Part shown: positions 62,271 through 64,000 of the stretch, in pieces
How the letters are laid out: each line of letters opens with the position of its first letter
How positions within the stretch are numbered: the first letter of the stretch is position 1
NCBI GenBank assembly: GCA_030141605.1
Contig: JAQGDQ010000730.1
Coordinates: 20,245 to 84,244 of the forward strand
Origin: Tubiluchus corallicola
Taxonomy: Eukaryota > Animalia > Priapulida
Direction of reading: 5' to 3'
Length of the DNA: 64,000 bases
The notes under the pieces: generated by a model
Database searches by the model: none
Told to the model about the DNA's origin: nothing
What the model saw: only the letters and a program-made list of their open reading frames with translations
Position numbers and translations under genes: made by a program

Positions 62271-64000
62271 AGTAGATGTTTTGCCTCTGGCCGATTTCCC
62301 CGGGGGGTGGGGATTTCCCCGGGGGGGGTGGGGAAAAACACCCCTAAAAAAGTGCGAAAATCCGGAAACACCCCTAAAAAAGTGAAGTGGCTCTATTGTC
62401 GTGCTAGTTAAGTGACCAATTTAAGGATTAGGAGTGACGGTTGGTCGACGGGCCACGCCCCCCTCGACTGCCGGGGGTGGGAACAAAAATCATCCCCCTA
62501 AAAAAGTGAAGTGGGTCTATTGTTGCGCTAGTTAAGTGCTCGATTTAAGGATTAGGAGTGACGGTTGGGACTCGCGCACGTTTTGGGGGGGGGTGCGCCC
62601 GGCGAGAACACCCCCCCTCCGCGGTAAATGCAGTCGTCCGTTCGACACGCGCTCGCTGCGCACTTTGCTTGCTCCACCCTAATTGTGGCTAATCCGGTAA
62701 TCGACTCTCGCCGCCTAGCTAGCTAGATAATGGGCTAAAAGATTTCTCTACCCACGTGCAGCAGTCTCGTCGTCGTCGTTAAATGGTTAGGATGTTCTTT
62801 TATGCGAGTCTAAATTGCCTTGCAATTTTTAAAAATTTTACCCCACCCTCATCCGGGTTAGAATGTTCTTTTATGCGCGTCTAAGTTGCGATACAATTTT
62901 TAAAAATTTTATCCTACCTTTATCCGAGATGGATGGATGCCGTCACCGAAAAAGCCTTCTTCGCTCCATCCAATGCGGTCGCATCGTGCAACATACAGTC
63001 TACTCACACGCGCACACACCGCCGAGCACGATTGTTAGCACGGGCCGACCATTAGCACGAACGTTACCACGTGTAACATACAGTCTACTCACGCGTCGCC
63101 GAGCATGATTAATTTCTGGGTTTCTTTATTTTTTTGTCAACTGTATCCAACGATGATGATGATGATGATGACGACGATGATGACGCGGTATTACCTAAAG
63201 CAGAGTCTGATCTTTGGTCGTCATCCACTTTTTTATCCGACAGAACAATAATAACTAATGTTAGTTAAAATTATCTTTTCATTTTGTAAAAATCTTTCTA
63301 TCTGTACTAACTTGCATGTTTGAACCCGCAACGAATGCACTCATCTGATCAGACGCCAAGGCAGGCACGTGTCTATTTTGTAAAAATCTTTCTATCTGTA
63401 CTAACTCGCATGTTTAAACCCGCAACGAATGCACTCATCTGATCAGACGCCAAGGCGGGCACGTGTCTATTGCTTAATCCGGTAATTGACTCGACTACCT
63501 AGCTAATGAGGGCTTAATCCGTTAATTGACTTGCGAGACGTGACACCCGCGACTATTTAAGTGCGTGTACCTGTTTTTAAAAAAAAGCCCGTTGGAATGT
63601 ACAGCAAGCAGACAGTAGGACAGCTGCCGTCTAGATAAAATTGAATGCCCGCAGCCTTCTAGTCTGCACGAATTTCAACGAGTCAGTATTTTTTAGGTGA
63701 GGATATATATATAATCCCAAAAACTCACAAGTTGCATTAGCCACATTTTTATTGAAAGATTTCTTTTTTGACAATAGGGTATTTAAAATTTTACTTTTAT
63801 CTAGACTAGATGTACAAAGAGAAATAAAAACTGAGGCGCTTTACTATTAGACTAAAATTGCCAGAGACTGAAGTGTATTTACTTTTTAAAATATTCATTT
63901 ATCTTTATCCCGATGGGGTGTACCTTTACTATTTAAAAAATATTCATTTATCTTTATCCTGGTCGGATGCTTTCTTCCGGTTGACAAAAACGATGTTGGG
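62271..64000. mobile_element. Probable end of a large DNA element (GC-rich, with serial paired duplications)
   Basis: Abrupt composition change starting AGTAGATG, then several pairs of 35-95-bp direct repeats; the other end is not in the window. Confidence 0.35.

Overview
AT-rich, repeat-dense, intron-containing animal DNA (probably an invertebrate; the species cannot be determined). It is not prokaryotic and has no CRISPR array. Genes reconstructed by hand from splice sites and reading phase: (1) Rab39, 2 coding exons, minus strand; (2) a run of 3-4 phase-1 LDL-receptor class A exons, plus strand; (3) an orphan LRRCT/Thr-rich/hydrophobic-tail exon, minus strand; (4) a complete 3-exon Ly6/uPAR three-finger gene, minus strand; (5) a C2H2 zinc-finger gene with an N-terminal 11 x 31-aa repeat and a frameshifted finger array; (6) MUS81 with an intronless CDS carrying a 19 x 8-aa insert; (7) the 5' part of an MDM1-like gene, head-to-head with MUS81. 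The rest is mini/microsatellites, MITEs (Tc1/pogo, hAT, piggyBac-like, foldback, Helentron-like), LTR relics, LINE fragments and a tRNA-SINE. The most notable pattern is tandem repeats that have multiplied functional signals: a uORF array copied from the Rab39 start region, LC8/SUMO-like motif arrays in the zinc-finger protein, CAG|GTAAGT splice-site arrays in an MDM1 intron, and nuclear-receptor DR1 arrays. Inverted LINE copies also bracket two LDLa exons in a circRNA-like arrangement. All functional readings are inference, and no database searches were run.
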